A stretch of DNA of 31,361 bases from an uncultured virus (IMG/VR IMGVR_UViG_3300030103_004079). Its lineage: Duplodnaviria; Heunggongvirae; Uroviricota; Caudoviricetes. The notes beneath the pieces are model-generated. The model searched no databases and was not told the DNA's origin. It saw only the letters and a program-made list of their open reading frames with translations. The translations under genes were made by a program, and so were the position numbers. Positions 9,877 to 19,967 of the stretch are shown here, piece by piece. The DNA lies in the IMG/VR virus record IMGVR_UViG_3300030103_004079; one strand, 5' to 3'. How positions within the stretch are numbered: the first letter of the stretch is position 1; each line of letters opens with the position of its first letter.

Positions 9877-10019
9877 TTCTTCATCACCTTTGGTTTATCT
9901 GCTTGCTCCCAACATCTTCTACAAAAACCGAATGGGTGAACATCTCTTGTCATGTAACATCTACCGCAGTATTTGAAATTAAGTTTCTGTTTACTAATCA
10001 CCCATTCTTTTGTATTCAT
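9873..10019 (-). CDS. Small CxxC..CxxC zinc-finger protein (48 aa; MNTKEWVISKQKLNFKYCGRCYMTRDVHPFGFCRRCWEQADKPKVMKK)
   Basis: Manual translation, absent from the ORF track; fills the gap and overlaps the next gene by ATGA. Confidence 0.7.
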   Translation of the reverse strand: MNTKEWVISKQKLNFKYCGRCYMTRDVHPFGFCRRCWEQADKPKVMKK

Positions 10020-10023
10020 GCTA

Positions 10024-11874
10024 TCACATCTTATCTATTAAGTAAGCAACATGGTGGCTTAATTTGTCATCGGGGTATTCTTTCAATTCATCAATAGTAA
10101 TCCACTTGTAATCGCTATGCTCAAACGATAAAGTAGGATTCCAGTCATCTTCTACTTCTATTCTAAAACAATGATATTTCTTTGGTGGTTTCATGTCCCT
10201 ATCAAAATGAACTCCTAATTTAGATGATGGTTTTTTCTTTAATCCTAACTCTTCACCTGCTTCAATCATACAGACTTTTTCTGCATCGGGAGTTCCATCG
10301 GCGTTAAACTCGTCAAGTTCTTCTACCTTACCTCCGGCAAATTCCCACATTCCTATCATAGTATCTTCTTCGGGAGAACGCTGAACAATCAAAACTTTAT
10401 CTCCTTTGAAAACTGCCGCACCTGCCGCATGTCTAACACCATCTTTATCCAATAAGAATTTCTTTTTGTTGTTTCCTTTAGCATACCAAGAAAGTCCTTT
10501 GTCTTCCATTTCATCTTCTTTGATAATAACTCCACCAATGTTTTCCATACTATCCATTATAGACATCTTACAGTTGTCTTTGTATTTCTGTATATTGTCA
10601 AGGTATATTCCCTCTTTCAACCAATCAAACCCTACATGGTCTTTATGGTTCTCCCACTTCATTAACTTGAATATCTCATCACATCTTTCCTTATACCAAT
10701 CTTGTTTTTTGTAGGATTTTTTCATTCGTATAAGTTCCATAAGTAATTTAGCATTACCTTTCTTTAATCTAAAGTGTGGTAAGCACTTTTCTAATAAGCC
10801 ATAAACATCATCTTGAGAATAAAAATTTAATCTTTGAACCGGCCTAGTTTGTTGCGGGGATTTTTGATTTAAATGTAACTTACCGAAACCTATGCTCTTG
10901 TGCATCTCTTCCATAAATGCCCTTCCTCTTTCTCCTGTAGCAATTAACCCTACTCTTGGATTGTGGTTTCTGTCCATTGTAATATAACCATCCGAATCAA
11001 TAAAAGCCGCAGTATAAGCCCAAATATTTTTCTTAAGCATTGTTGGTAATTTATAATATGCTCCATCAACATTAGCAACATCTAACTTCTTTACCATTTT
11101 AGAAATCATATTTGTTGTCGTGCTTTTATGCAAAGTGTTTGGCATTCTATCGTGAATTTGTTTAGCACCAATAGAAGGACTCTTAATAATTTCACTTTCA
11201 ATAAAAGAAAGTATTCTTTCTTTCTTGCTTTTAGTAATGGACTGGTCACTAATGTTTTTTATTTGTTTTTTGTAATCTCTTTTAGCAATACGGCATTCTT
11301 TTTCTAGTTGAGCATATTCTTTAGAATAAACCATGTCTGTCTTATTCAAATCACATTCCCAATACTTACAAATGGCATCAATAATATCTCTTCTAGCATT
11401 GACACTACTAATTTTATTTATTTTCATCAAATCTTTTTCACTAAAACCCATCTTAAGTATTGCAGGTTTGTATGGCTTAATCCAATAAATAGAATCTATG
11501 CATTTATTGATATGGTCGGAGTAGCCGTCAATAACAGTATCAATAGCCTTAGTCATTCTAGTTCTTTGCTCTCCCTTTAATTTCCTTCTAGCCTTTCTCA
11601 TTTTCTTCACAAGGTCGGGAATGTTTTCTCCATCAATAGAATATTCACTAGGGAAAGAACTCAATTGTTTTCTAGCATCACTAGCGTTAATGTTTAGATT
11701 CTTAGAAAGTAAGTTTACTGCTTCATAATCGGACATAATGTAGTCATTAACAGAAGCCAGTTTAGTTCCTAATGCTTCCTCCACTTCATCCTTAGTATTT
11801 TCCTGTTCTTCCTCAAGTTCAGCAAGCCTAGCCATGTTTTGCGAACCTTGTCTATACTCTTCTGCTGTTGGCAT
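10024..11874 (-). CDS. Fusion protein: helical N-terminus + LAGLIDADG endonuclease-like domain + C-terminal Nudix hydrolase (616 aa)
   Basis: 'WAYTAAFIDSDGYI' LAGLIDADG helix and 'LLEKCLPHFRLKK'; Nudix signature 'VLIVQRS..MWEFAGGKVE...EAGEELG..EHSDYKWI'; AGGTGA RBS. Confidence 0.8.
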   Translation of the reverse strand: MPTAEEYRQGSQNMARLAELEEEQENTKDEVEEALGTKLASVNDYIMSDYEAVNLLSKNLNINASDARKQLSSFPSEYSIDGENIPDLVKKMRKARRKLKGEQRTRMTKAIDTVIDGYSDHINKCIDSIYWIKPYKPAILKMGFSEKDLMKINKISSVNARRDIIDAICKYWECDLNKTDMVYSKEYAQLEKECRIAKRDYKKQIKNISDQSITKSKKERILSFIESEIIKSPSIGAKQIHDRMPNTLHKSTTTNMISKMVKKLDVANVDGAYYKLPTMLKKNIWAYTAAFIDSDGYITMDRNHNPRVGLIATGERGRAFMEEMHKSIGFGKLHLNQKSPQQTRPVQRLNFYSQDDVYGLLEKCLPHFRLKKGNAKLLMELIRMKKSYKKQDWYKERCDEIFKLMKWENHKDHVGFDWLKEGIYLDNIQKYKDNCKMSIMDSMENIGGVIIKEDEMEDKGLSWYAKGNNKKKFLLDKDGVRHAAGAAVFKGDKVLIVQRSPEEDTMIGMWEFAGGKVEELDEFNADGTPDAEKVCMIEAGEELGLKKKPSSKLGVHFDRDMKPPKKYHCFRIEVEDDWNPTLSFEHSDYKWITIDELKEYPDDKLSHHVAYLIDKM

Positions 11875-11884
11875 TTATATCACC

Positions 11885-13327
11885 TTAAAAATTAATTCCC
11901 ATAACTCCTTGAGAGCGTTTATACTTGTTAACCTTTGGCGGGTCAAATAATCCCATGTCATCTAAGAGTATGAATGTTTCACTCATTGTATGAGTAGCGG
12001 CATTAGCCAATGCTAAACTCATAACCATGTCATCATGCGCCCCTATTCCCTCAAACTTCCCTTTGTCTGTAATAGCAAACATAGATAGTTCTTCTATCAA
12101 AGTAGAGGTAACTCTACGACTTTCTTCATTAGCGTAAGGTAATATTATCTTACCGTTTTCAAAGTTCATTTGTAAACTTAGAATAATCTCTTCTTTCTTT
12201 TTTCTAGTAGTGTTAAAGTCGTGAACATTTAAGTCTGTAACATTTCTAATCTCTTGTGTAAATGATTTAGCAAATGTATTTGTTTCAAATAATATTGCTT
12301 CGGGTTGAAACACTTTACCAATCAACTTTACTTTCTGTATGTTTTCTCTAAACTCTACATTCTTAGAACGGTCAATAAACACAATAGTTTTATTATCATT
12401 CTCATCAACTTCTAATACAGTAATTACATTGTAATCTCCATCAGTAGAAATAGCAGGGTCAATACCAACATAATATTTGTAGCCCTCTCTACGCATTGGT
12501 TTCAAAACATGGTCTTTACTCTTAGCCGCTTCCAAATATTCGGGATTAAACAAAGAAGTTCCAGTTGATATAGGAACACACATATATTCTCTTGTAAACA
12601 TAAGAGAACCGACTTCAGCCTTTCTTGCCATAAGAGCATCATAATCCCACCTACTAGGCCATAGGGGTTCATTGAGAGCGTTAAGACAAGGGTAGGTTCT
12701 AAGAGTATATGCGGGGTTCTCGGAGAGTTGTTGGTAAATATCTGTATAACTAAATGGAGTTCCAATAACTCTTAGAGAAGCAGTATGGTGAAGTGTTGGT
12801 ATCATGTCACCATAAAACCAATCTGTAACCTTTTGAATTCCTGTCATACTAAACTCTTTCAAAGGGTCGTCAATGATAATCTCTTGAGGGTGAAGTCCAC
12901 GAATCTGTGAACCGACAGAACGCTCTAAGATTTGATTACCATTAGTAAGTGTAATATTTCCTATCGCCCATCCCTTAGCAGGTTTGAATTTTTTAAGCAT
13001 AGGGTGATTGAATAGTTTATCTATATCTCTCATGTGAACCAAAGTCTGCTTTTGGTTAGAAGAAATGTATAGCATTTGATATGGTGGCTCTCTAAAAATT
13101 AAATTCCACACAACCCAACTGTGCATAAAGACAGATTTACCGTGACCTCTTGAACAAATGATAACAGTTCTTTGAGTATCGTTCATTAACTCTAACCACT
13201 CTTGTTGATGAGTTGCGAACTCCCAACCCAAGACATTTTGAAAGAAATATGGAAATGAGTTTTTAGATAACTCCATATCCATTTGATGCTCAAAATTAAA
13301 ACTATCTAAATCCATATTATCACCCAA
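11885..13327 (-). CDS. terL: Terminase large subunit (480 aa; start may be MDLDS)
   Basis: Walker A 'CSRGHGKS', 'IRG..IIIDD' Walker B, 'IGTP' coupling motif, RNase H-like nuclease 'GIDPA..DY' and 'HDDMVMSLALA'. Confidence 0.93.
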   Translation of the reverse strand: MGDNMDLDSFNFEHQMDMELSKNSFPYFFQNVLGWEFATHQQEWLELMNDTQRTVIICSRGHGKSVFMHSWVVWNLIFREPPYQMLYISSNQKQTLVHMRDIDKLFNHPMLKKFKPAKGWAIGNITLTNGNQILERSVGSQIRGLHPQEIIIDDPLKEFSMTGIQKVTDWFYGDMIPTLHHTASLRVIGTPFSYTDIYQQLSENPAYTLRTYPCLNALNEPLWPSRWDYDALMARKAEVGSLMFTREYMCVPISTGTSLFNPEYLEAAKSKDHVLKPMRREGYKYYVGIDPAISTDGDYNVITVLEVDENDNKTIVFIDRSKNVEFRENIQKVKLIGKVFQPEAILFETNTFAKSFTQEIRNVTDLNVHDFNTTRKKKEEIILSLQMNFENGKIILPYANEESRRVTSTLIEELSMFAITDKGKFEGIGAHDDMVMSLALANAATHTMSETFILLDDMGLFDPPKVNKYKRSQGVMGINF

Positions 13328-14141
13328 ATATTCTTCTCAAAAAAGTTTTATTCTCTTTTGATAAGTTCTGTATGCCATATCTTCCATAGGCATCGTTCAC
13401 ATTATTTATTAGCGGTTGTCTAAATTGTTTACCTCTCATACCTGCGTTTCTTGCTCTAAGACCTAACTCAAGCGCAACTATTTTGTTTTTATCTTTTAGA
13501 GATAGTGGCTTCACAGTTCCTTTAGATTTCATCTTCAAAGAATCTACCCACCTAACTAATCCTGCTATAGCATTAGTATTTGTTTTAAATGGAACATAGC
13601 CCACCCCTATTTGACCAAAATAAGTATCAACAAATTTAGCCTTTGATTGGTCAGTTGTTGCGGGGTGTGATAGATAATTCTTTAATTTTAAATATGGGTT
13701 TTTTGGGAACTCCGAAGTATAGGCGGCATATTCCTGTCTTTCGGGCTTTTTATCATATTCTTCAAATATATTTGGCATATCTAAATCTCTAGCATAAAAA
13801 TATCCCTCATGCCCTGCTTCATGAGATATGCTTCTTTTAATCATTTCCTCCATTGCTTTTTCTTTTTGTTCATCGGTTATTTTTATTTTTTCTCCGCCTT
13901 TTTCATAGTCTCTTTCTTTACTACGAGCCTTCGCATTTATCGCACTTTTTATTCTAGTGAGGTAAATTCTAATTATTCCTTCGTGAGTAAAGTCATTGTA
14001 ATCATTAAGGATAGTTGGAGGGATATATTGCGCCAAAGCACCTTTAGGAACATTTAGTTTTTTTTCATTGAGTTGCTTATCAGTAAGGTATTCAACCTCC
14101 GCTTTTCTAATAACACCCCACCACTTTAGCATTATTTTCAC
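13320..14141 (-). CDS. Protein with HExxH zincin-like metallopeptidase motif (273 aa)
   Basis: 'ISHEAGHEG' followed later by 'QEYAAY'; N-terminal KWWGVIRK resembles the W-tag. Confidence 0.6.
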   Translation of the reverse strand: MKIMLKWWGVIRKAEVEYLTDKQLNEKKLNVPKGALAQYIPPTILNDYNDFTHEGIIRIYLTRIKSAINAKARSKERDYEKGGEKIKITDEQKEKAMEEMIKRSISHEAGHEGYFYARDLDMPNIFEEYDKKPERQEYAAYTSEFPKNPYLKLKNYLSHPATTDQSKAKFVDTYFGQIGVGYVPFKTNTNAIAGLVRWVDSLKMKSKGTVKPLSLKDKNKIVALELGLRARNAGMRGKQFRQPLINNVNDAYGRYGIQNLSKENKTFLRRIFG

Positions 14142-14605
14142 TTACCTGCTTTCAGCAATTCAAACCATTTCTTTATTCCAAAGTCATCTCCGTATCTATT
14201 TCTAAACTGTTCTATTAGTTTAGAATCTATACCCATTTCATCTTCGGGAGGTATATCAAAATTATACACTTGTCTATTCTTTTCTTTCCATGTTTCATTA
14301 GGAATAGTCTTTGCCTTAAATCCGGCAATCTTAGGTTTATCACCTATCAACTCCAATCTTTTTTCCGACATTGGCCTCCAACTCTTTGATTCTTCTTTAG
14401 ATTTCATTCCACCTAATATAGCATAAGTTCCCTTATCGCTATATCCTGCAATACCAACCACTTTACCATCTACTCTTCGTATAACATATTCATCCAAGTC
14501 ATACCAAACAGGAACATTCCTATTTATCTTATCATCAGGGTTATCATTATTCCAAGCACCTTCCGCTTCCATTTTAGAATGTGGGCCGGTTACTTCATCA
14601 GTCAT
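14138..14605 (-). CDS. Hypothetical protein, possible GNAT-like fold; start revised to MTDEV
   Basis: AGGTGA RBS before ATG 14605; 'YVIRRVDGKVVGIAGY' beta-hairpin typical of GNAT folds (weak). Confidence 0.6.
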   Translation of the reverse strand: MTDEVTGPHSKMEAEGAWNNDNPDDKINRNVPVWYDLDEYVIRRVDGKVVGIAGYSDKGTYAILGGMKSKEESKSWRPMSEKRLELIGDKPKIAGFKAKTIPNETWKEKNRQVYNFDIPPEDEMGIDSKLIEQFRNRYGDDFGIKKWFELLKAGK

Positions 14606-14609
14606 AACA

Positions 14610-17066
14610 TCACCTAAAGTTAGCCTTGATGAAATACACATGTTCGCTATTTATTCCATATGCTTTACTAATACTATCAAAAGAATCAATCTCATTAACA
14701 ATGCCGACTAGTTCACTAGCCGACATATCAACATTGTATTTAGTTTCCATTTTTTGTAAGATAGCATCTACATCGTCAAAGTCTTCTTCATTCCTCTTAG
14801 CAAAGAATATCTCTTTTCCTTTGAGTATTCTCAAAGAATCGTGTGCCTCCAATATTCTACTATAAATGCTAGACTTGGCTATTCTATCAACTTGTTTCAA
14901 AAACTCTAAGGTTTGTTTATACAATGGTTCGTTTTCTGTTTCCAAAACCATTTGTTTTTCTCTAAGAGTATCTATTAGAATCCTAACGGGTGTCATTTCA
15001 TCAACATCATCAATACCTCTACTTCTAAATGCGTCGGAGGTATCTAATCCCATAAACTTCTCAAGTATTTTTTTACCCGATGACATTGATTCTAAGCCAC
15101 CAAAAATAGACGCTACATCCTTCTTTATTTGTTTCTTTATGTTGCTCTTACCTCGATATATTTCACTAAGAGCATTAACAAAACTCTCGGCTTTCTTTTC
15201 ACTTTCTTTTGGGTTTGTGAATATTTCGCCGGAGTTTATTGACTCAAGGAAGGGTAGCAGTTTTTTCAATCTTCTTGGTTTAATGAATCTACTTTGCGAA
15301 TCAACAATTTTATCATTCATTGTTCGATAGGCTTGATACTTTTCTCCTGTTATTTGAGTTGAAACTATAATTCTCAAGTGGCCATCTTTCGCAAATGGCA
15401 ATGTAATGCCTAATGTGTTTTTAGAATGTATTGGCTCTAAAAATAATTCACCTATCATTTCCGATATTTCCTTGAAAAGAATCTTAATATCTTCGGATAT
15501 TTCTTTGGAGGCTCTAGCCATGCCTCTTCTTCCCAATGTAGTCTTAACATATTTCTCATAAGCCCTATGTTGAAAATTAGAATCCTTTACCCCTTTGCCT
15601 GTCATATCTAAGTATGTTCTAAAATCAAATAGGGTTTTTTCTTCTTCTAATAATTCAGCAAACAAACGCAAAAATTCCTGTATGTTTTCTCTCTTTTCGT
15701 TTGCCCTGCTCACTTCCGAACTATACCTTTCTCTTAATGCAGGTTCTTTGAATATTTCAAAAGGTAAAGAAAAGGTAGTTTCGTTTAATTTGTCTATTGA
15801 TTTAATTGTAGCCTTTAGTTTATTTAGGGTAGTTTGTGTATCTTCACCATCTAGTATTTCTTTTACTTCGTCTTTGATGGATAGGAAAAACTCTTCCACC
15901 GTTTCTACAAAATTAACATCATTAAAGGTATCAACTATTCCATCCATCTCATCCTTCAAATACAAAATAGCCAACGGGTCTAAATCTATATCTTCAAGAA
16001 GTGGCTTACTTTCAGTATTAGAAATAGAGTCTTTAGCAGACATTATATCACTAATCTCTCTCATTTCTTTTTCTTCACCCGTTTCTTTATCTTGCACTTT
16101 ATCGTAAATCAACTCTATATCACTTTCATCAGTTAATGCGCTCAACGCTCTAATTTCAGTAAGGAAGTTTGTTATTAGTTTATCTGCTCTTTCATATACA
16201 TCTGTTAACTCATAGGTCTTTTTTGTTGAAGTAGATATATAATTCAAAGAATCTTTATCAAATCCACCTATTAGTTCTACGAAGGCTTTGGCATCTTCGG
16301 CCAAAACTTCATCTTTGCTTTCCTGTAGTGGCTCAATCAACTTAGCCAATTCTAAGATTTTTGTATGTAAATCTGCAAACTTGGGAGACATATCTTCCCA
16401 AAACTCATAGATGCTACCTCTTTTTGATATGTCTTTTAATTTTTTATTTCCTAATAAGTAGGCAACATCAATATCTACAATTTTAAATTCAAGGAGGCTT
16501 TTATCTTCATAAGCACCCTCTATTTCATCTATAATCATCTCTACATTTTTAACAATAGTTTCGTCTTCTATTGTGTCCTTTACACTATTAAAACTATTTC
16601 TCATAACTTTAGTATCAAATAAATCACTATCATCTTTATTATCTTTTAGATTTATTAAAGAAGCATCTATGCTTAAGTTAGGGTTAGATAAATCATTTTC
16701 CATGATACTATTTCCATCAAGTTTTTTAATCGTTCTCTTACCCTTTCTTTTGAAATCTATTTGTTCGCCAAAAACACTTATTGCTTTTTGTATGTCGGTG
16801 TTATCATCTTCCTCTACAATTCTTCTATCAGCAAGAGTTAAAGTTTTCGCTAGGTTTTTCTTAACATACTCAAGAACTTCGTTGTTTATGTCTTTCTTTA
16901 CTGCGAACTTAGCACCTTCGGGATATTTTATATTGGCTTTCTTTTTAATTAATTTCTTCAATTCTTTATCCCTTTGTTCGGAACTAGAAAATTCTTTATA
17001 TATTTCTACGAATTGAGCCTTTATTTCTTGCAGGAATTCTTCGGGGTTGTCTAAATATTCCATCAT
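14610..17066 (-). CDS. Large acidic, predicted helical protein (818 aa)
   Basis: ORF track; GGAGG RBS; no catalytic motif seen. Confidence 0.8.
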   Translation of the reverse strand: MMEYLDNPEEFLQEIKAQFVEIYKEFSSSEQRDKELKKLIKKKANIKYPEGAKFAVKKDINNEVLEYVKKNLAKTLTLADRRIVEEDDNTDIQKAISVFGEQIDFKRKGKRTIKKLDGNSIMENDLSNPNLSIDASLINLKDNKDDSDLFDTKVMRNSFNSVKDTIEDETIVKNVEMIIDEIEGAYEDKSLLEFKIVDIDVAYLLGNKKLKDISKRGSIYEFWEDMSPKFADLHTKILELAKLIEPLQESKDEVLAEDAKAFVELIGGFDKDSLNYISTSTKKTYELTDVYERADKLITNFLTEIRALSALTDESDIELIYDKVQDKETGEEKEMREISDIMSAKDSISNTESKPLLEDIDLDPLAILYLKDEMDGIVDTFNDVNFVETVEEFFLSIKDEVKEILDGEDTQTTLNKLKATIKSIDKLNETTFSLPFEIFKEPALRERYSSEVSRANEKRENIQEFLRLFAELLEEEKTLFDFRTYLDMTGKGVKDSNFQHRAYEKYVKTTLGRRGMARASKEISEDIKILFKEISEMIGELFLEPIHSKNTLGITLPFAKDGHLRIIVSTQITGEKYQAYRTMNDKIVDSQSRFIKPRRLKKLLPFLESINSGEIFTNPKESEKKAESFVNALSEIYRGKSNIKKQIKKDVASIFGGLESMSSGKKILEKFMGLDTSDAFRSRGIDDVDEMTPVRILIDTLREKQMVLETENEPLYKQTLEFLKQVDRIAKSSIYSRILEAHDSLRILKGKEIFFAKRNEEDFDDVDAILQKMETKYNVDMSASELVGIVNEIDSFDSISKAYGINSEHVYFIKANFR

Positions 17067-19366
17067 TTCTCCTCCTTGAACAATTTTCCGTTTATCATCT
17101 GCCTTAACAAATTTTCATCATAGTATAGTGTCTTATAGTTCTCCGGCCTATTTGCTATGTCTTCTAATTTCTTCTTTAAAGATTTCTTAAACAACTCTCT
17201 TATTTTGTTTAAATCTTCATTGACTTTATTGGCAAGTTCTTCTATGGCTTCTTTAAGAGATTCATTTTCTAGTGAAAGATTCTCTCTAGCCATATCACCA
17301 ACTATGTCTTTCAAAGGCTTATCCGCTTCAACAACTATTTCCCTTTCGTCGGCATCCAAGTCTTTTATTTCTACTTTCTTTTTGTATTCAGCCGCAGGGA
17401 ATAGAAGTTCTACCGTGTATAGTGCGACAGCAAAAGATTGAGACTTATCCATTTTTTTAGACAATAAATTTTCTACATTTGTTTTTGATATGACTTTGCC
17501 TAATGTTTGGTCTTTGGGTAAAGAAACTAATAGTTCATAAAATGCTTTAGCGATTTCACTAGAAAAATCATCGGCTGTTATTGGTTCTAGGTCTTCTAGT
17601 TCATCAATAAATTCACCAAGTTTTTCATCATCCTCATCCCATGATTCTTCTTCTTGCATTGTCTCTCTTACAAGAGGCTCTAGCCTTTTAATGAAAGCAC
17701 CTAACTCTTTATTAGTTGTAATGTATTTATTTCCTGCTCTTATCAAGTATCTACTCTTATCGTCTGTATTTTGAGTATCTAAGTTTTGAGTTCTAAACTT
17801 CCCATAAAGGTCTTCAAAGGTATCATCCTCTAAATTTTCTTTACTGAACAGCCATTTTATAACTTCTGCGTCAAACTCTTCAAAGTTTTCATCTCCGACT
17901 AATTCGTTGTATTCTTTTTCTGCTTCGGCTAATTCTTTATCATTTAACTCCGATGTCTTCTTATTTAATTTTCTAGCGGCTGTCGCTTTAGCAGAATCTA
18001 AAGAATATTTTGCAGTTCTTTTTGATAGTCCCTTACTTGCTTCAAAAAAAGCATCCGAACCGCTAGTAGTTAGTAATTGTTCAAAAAATGGGTGAATTTC
18101 TAACTTTCTTGCTCCTCTAGCCCCTTTTTGGAACATAAGATTATCAATTTTTTCATTATTTATCTTGAAAAGTAGGGGTGTTTTATCTAATTGTCGCCTT
18201 GCTCTCTTTTCTCCACGAACTTTTATACCAAATTGCATTTTGCTTGCTCCTAAAACACTCAAATATGCCTCTACCTGTTGTTTTTCGACATTTTCAGCAG
18301 TTAATTTAGTCAATTCGGCATCTTCCATAGCATATCCGCCAATTTTTGTTTTATTTTGCAGTTTTTCATCCGAACTCACTAACAATTCATACAATTCGGG
18401 ATAATCAACATAAAAAAGTATTCTTGCTTTAGGGTTTGCTTTCATTTTAGCGGCTTTTTGTGAATATTTAGCCGGTTTTATGTCTGTTTCGTCTATATCC
18501 TTAAATGATTTCTTGCCACCAAGAATAATTCTTTTCTGTGTCCTTGCTTCAGCCGTAAATCCTTGTCTAAATGTCAAACGAACACCATCTTTATCAACAA
18601 ACTTAGATAAGAATTCTTCTTGTTCAATTTTTTTCCTTACAGGAATGTCTACAACCTTACCATAAAGCGTAAGATTTTCTTTTATCTTGTTTTTTGACTT
18701 GAATTTGTTGCTATTTGCTGTAAATTTCTTGAAATCCCCTACCTTTTTAGCATAAACTATACCTTCAATGTTCTCAATTCCAATCACAATCAAGGCTTTG
18801 TTGAAAATAACACGGTCTTTGAAGAAATCTTGGACACTTACATTACTATCCTTAATGCTGTTTTTCAAAATAGTGGTTAATTTTTTTAGATTCTGCTGTC
18901 CTATTACCTTTCTTAGTCTATCTTTGCCTCCATCGGACAAATTTTTCTTATATTCTTCTAAAAGACTAGTTAAATCTTTTAGTTGATTTTGGCTTAATGA
19001 TTCCAAATTAGCATAATTTTCTATTTTTTGAGTAAACCCAAGTTGCGGCCTACCCCCTACTTTTTTAGGAAAGTGTTTTTTAATTACAGCATCAAACCGT
19101 TTAAACACCTCTTCCAATTTAAGTTTATATTTTGCGTAGGCTTCTGTAAAGTTTCTTCTAAATATATTTTTAAATTCGTTAATATTAGAATAATAGTATT
19201 CTACATCATCTCCTCTTCTTTGACCGAACTTAGAAAAAATATCTTGTTCTGTTATTCTAATATTATCTTTTGCTTTAGTCTTACTATCCGATAGCATCTG
19301 TTGATAAGTTCCATCAATCATTAAGAAATCCCAAAATGAGGAAGTAGGAAACGGATATGTAGGCAA
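17063..19366 (-). CDS. Large K/E-rich protein (767 aa), TTG start
   Basis: ORF track; AGGTGA RBS directly before TTG; ATGA overlap with the next gene. Confidence 0.8.
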   Translation of the reverse strand: MPTYPFPTSSFWDFLMIDGTYQQMLSDSKTKAKDNIRITEQDIFSKFGQRRGDDVEYYYSNINEFKNIFRRNFTEAYAKYKLKLEEVFKRFDAVIKKHFPKKVGGRPQLGFTQKIENYANLESLSQNQLKDLTSLLEEYKKNLSDGGKDRLRKVIGQQNLKKLTTILKNSIKDSNVSVQDFFKDRVIFNKALIVIGIENIEGIVYAKKVGDFKKFTANSNKFKSKNKIKENLTLYGKVVDIPVRKKIEQEEFLSKFVDKDGVRLTFRQGFTAEARTQKRIILGGKKSFKDIDETDIKPAKYSQKAAKMKANPKARILFYVDYPELYELLVSSDEKLQNKTKIGGYAMEDAELTKLTAENVEKQQVEAYLSVLGASKMQFGIKVRGEKRARRQLDKTPLLFKINNEKIDNLMFQKGARGARKLEIHPFFEQLLTTSGSDAFFEASKGLSKRTAKYSLDSAKATAARKLNKKTSELNDKELAEAEKEYNELVGDENFEEFDAEVIKWLFSKENLEDDTFEDLYGKFRTQNLDTQNTDDKSRYLIRAGNKYITTNKELGAFIKRLEPLVRETMQEEESWDEDDEKLGEFIDELEDLEPITADDFSSEIAKAFYELLVSLPKDQTLGKVISKTNVENLLSKKMDKSQSFAVALYTVELLFPAAEYKKKVEIKDLDADEREIVVEADKPLKDIVGDMARENLSLENESLKEAIEELANKVNEDLNKIRELFKKSLKKKLEDIANRPENYKTLYYDENLLRQMINGKLFKEEK

Positions 19367-19374
19367 CTTATCAC

Positions 19375-19518
19375 CTACTTCATAGCATATCTTTCTATTT
19401 CATCTATTGCTGTCTTAACATACTTAGGGGCTGACTTCATACTATCTCTTAGTGTTGCTAAGGCTTGAGCAATCATAGCCTCATCCATATCTTCTTTAAT
19501 TATATCTTGCCAATTCAT
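19375..19518 (-). CDS. Small W-tag protein (47 aa; MNWQDIIKEDMDEAMIAQALATLRDSMKSAPKYVKTAIDEIERYAMK)
   Basis: Manual translation; GGTGA RBS; W-tag. Confidence 0.75.
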   Translation of the reverse strand: MNWQDIIKEDMDEAMIAQALATLRDSMKSAPKYVKTAIDEIERYAMK

Positions 19519-19523
19519 TGTAA

Positions 19524-19967
19524 TCACCGCTTCATGTGCTTTTTATTTTTAGGCGGTTCATAACCTCTTTCTCTATAAAACTCTTCAGTAAATGTAGGTT
19601 GTTCAAATCCGTGAAATGGCTTAATGTCTTTGGGTTCTTGTCCTTGAAAGAAACCAACTCCGTGAGTGTATTCAAAATTTATTTTTCTGTTAATATCCCA
19701 AATTTCATCTTGTTCGGGTGAGTCCCTAAATGCTTTATGCCATTTAGAATAGTCCGAATTGGGGTCGTACTTTTTAGGTTCTTTAGGTTCCGGCCCTAGT
19801 TCTCTTGTTAGTCTTTCTTCTAAGTCATCATACAATTGTTTTACTTTTTGGTGAAGAGGATGGTCAAATTCACTTTTCGGCCTCATAATTTTCTCTTCTG
19901 CCATATGTGCATCAATCATCATTTGAGCATCTCTTTGGCTTATTTTTAATATATTTTTCCAACTCAT
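19524..19967 (-). CDS. Hypothetical protein with MSWKNILK tag (147 aa)
   Basis: ORF track; AGGAG RBS. Confidence 0.8.
   Translation of the reverse strand: MSWKNILKISQRDAQMMIDAHMAEEKIMRPKSEFDHPLHQKVKQLYDDLEERLTRELGPEPKEPKKYDPNSDYSKWHKAFRDSPEQDEIWDINRKINFEYTHGVGFFQGQEPKDIKPFHGFEQPTFTEEFYRERGYEPPKNKKHMKR

Noticed and set aside
11885..13327. Intein or intron in terL linked to the neighbouring LAGLIDADG domain
   Set aside because: TerL is contiguous and of normal length with all motifs; the LAGLIDADG domain lies in a separate gene with its own RBS.
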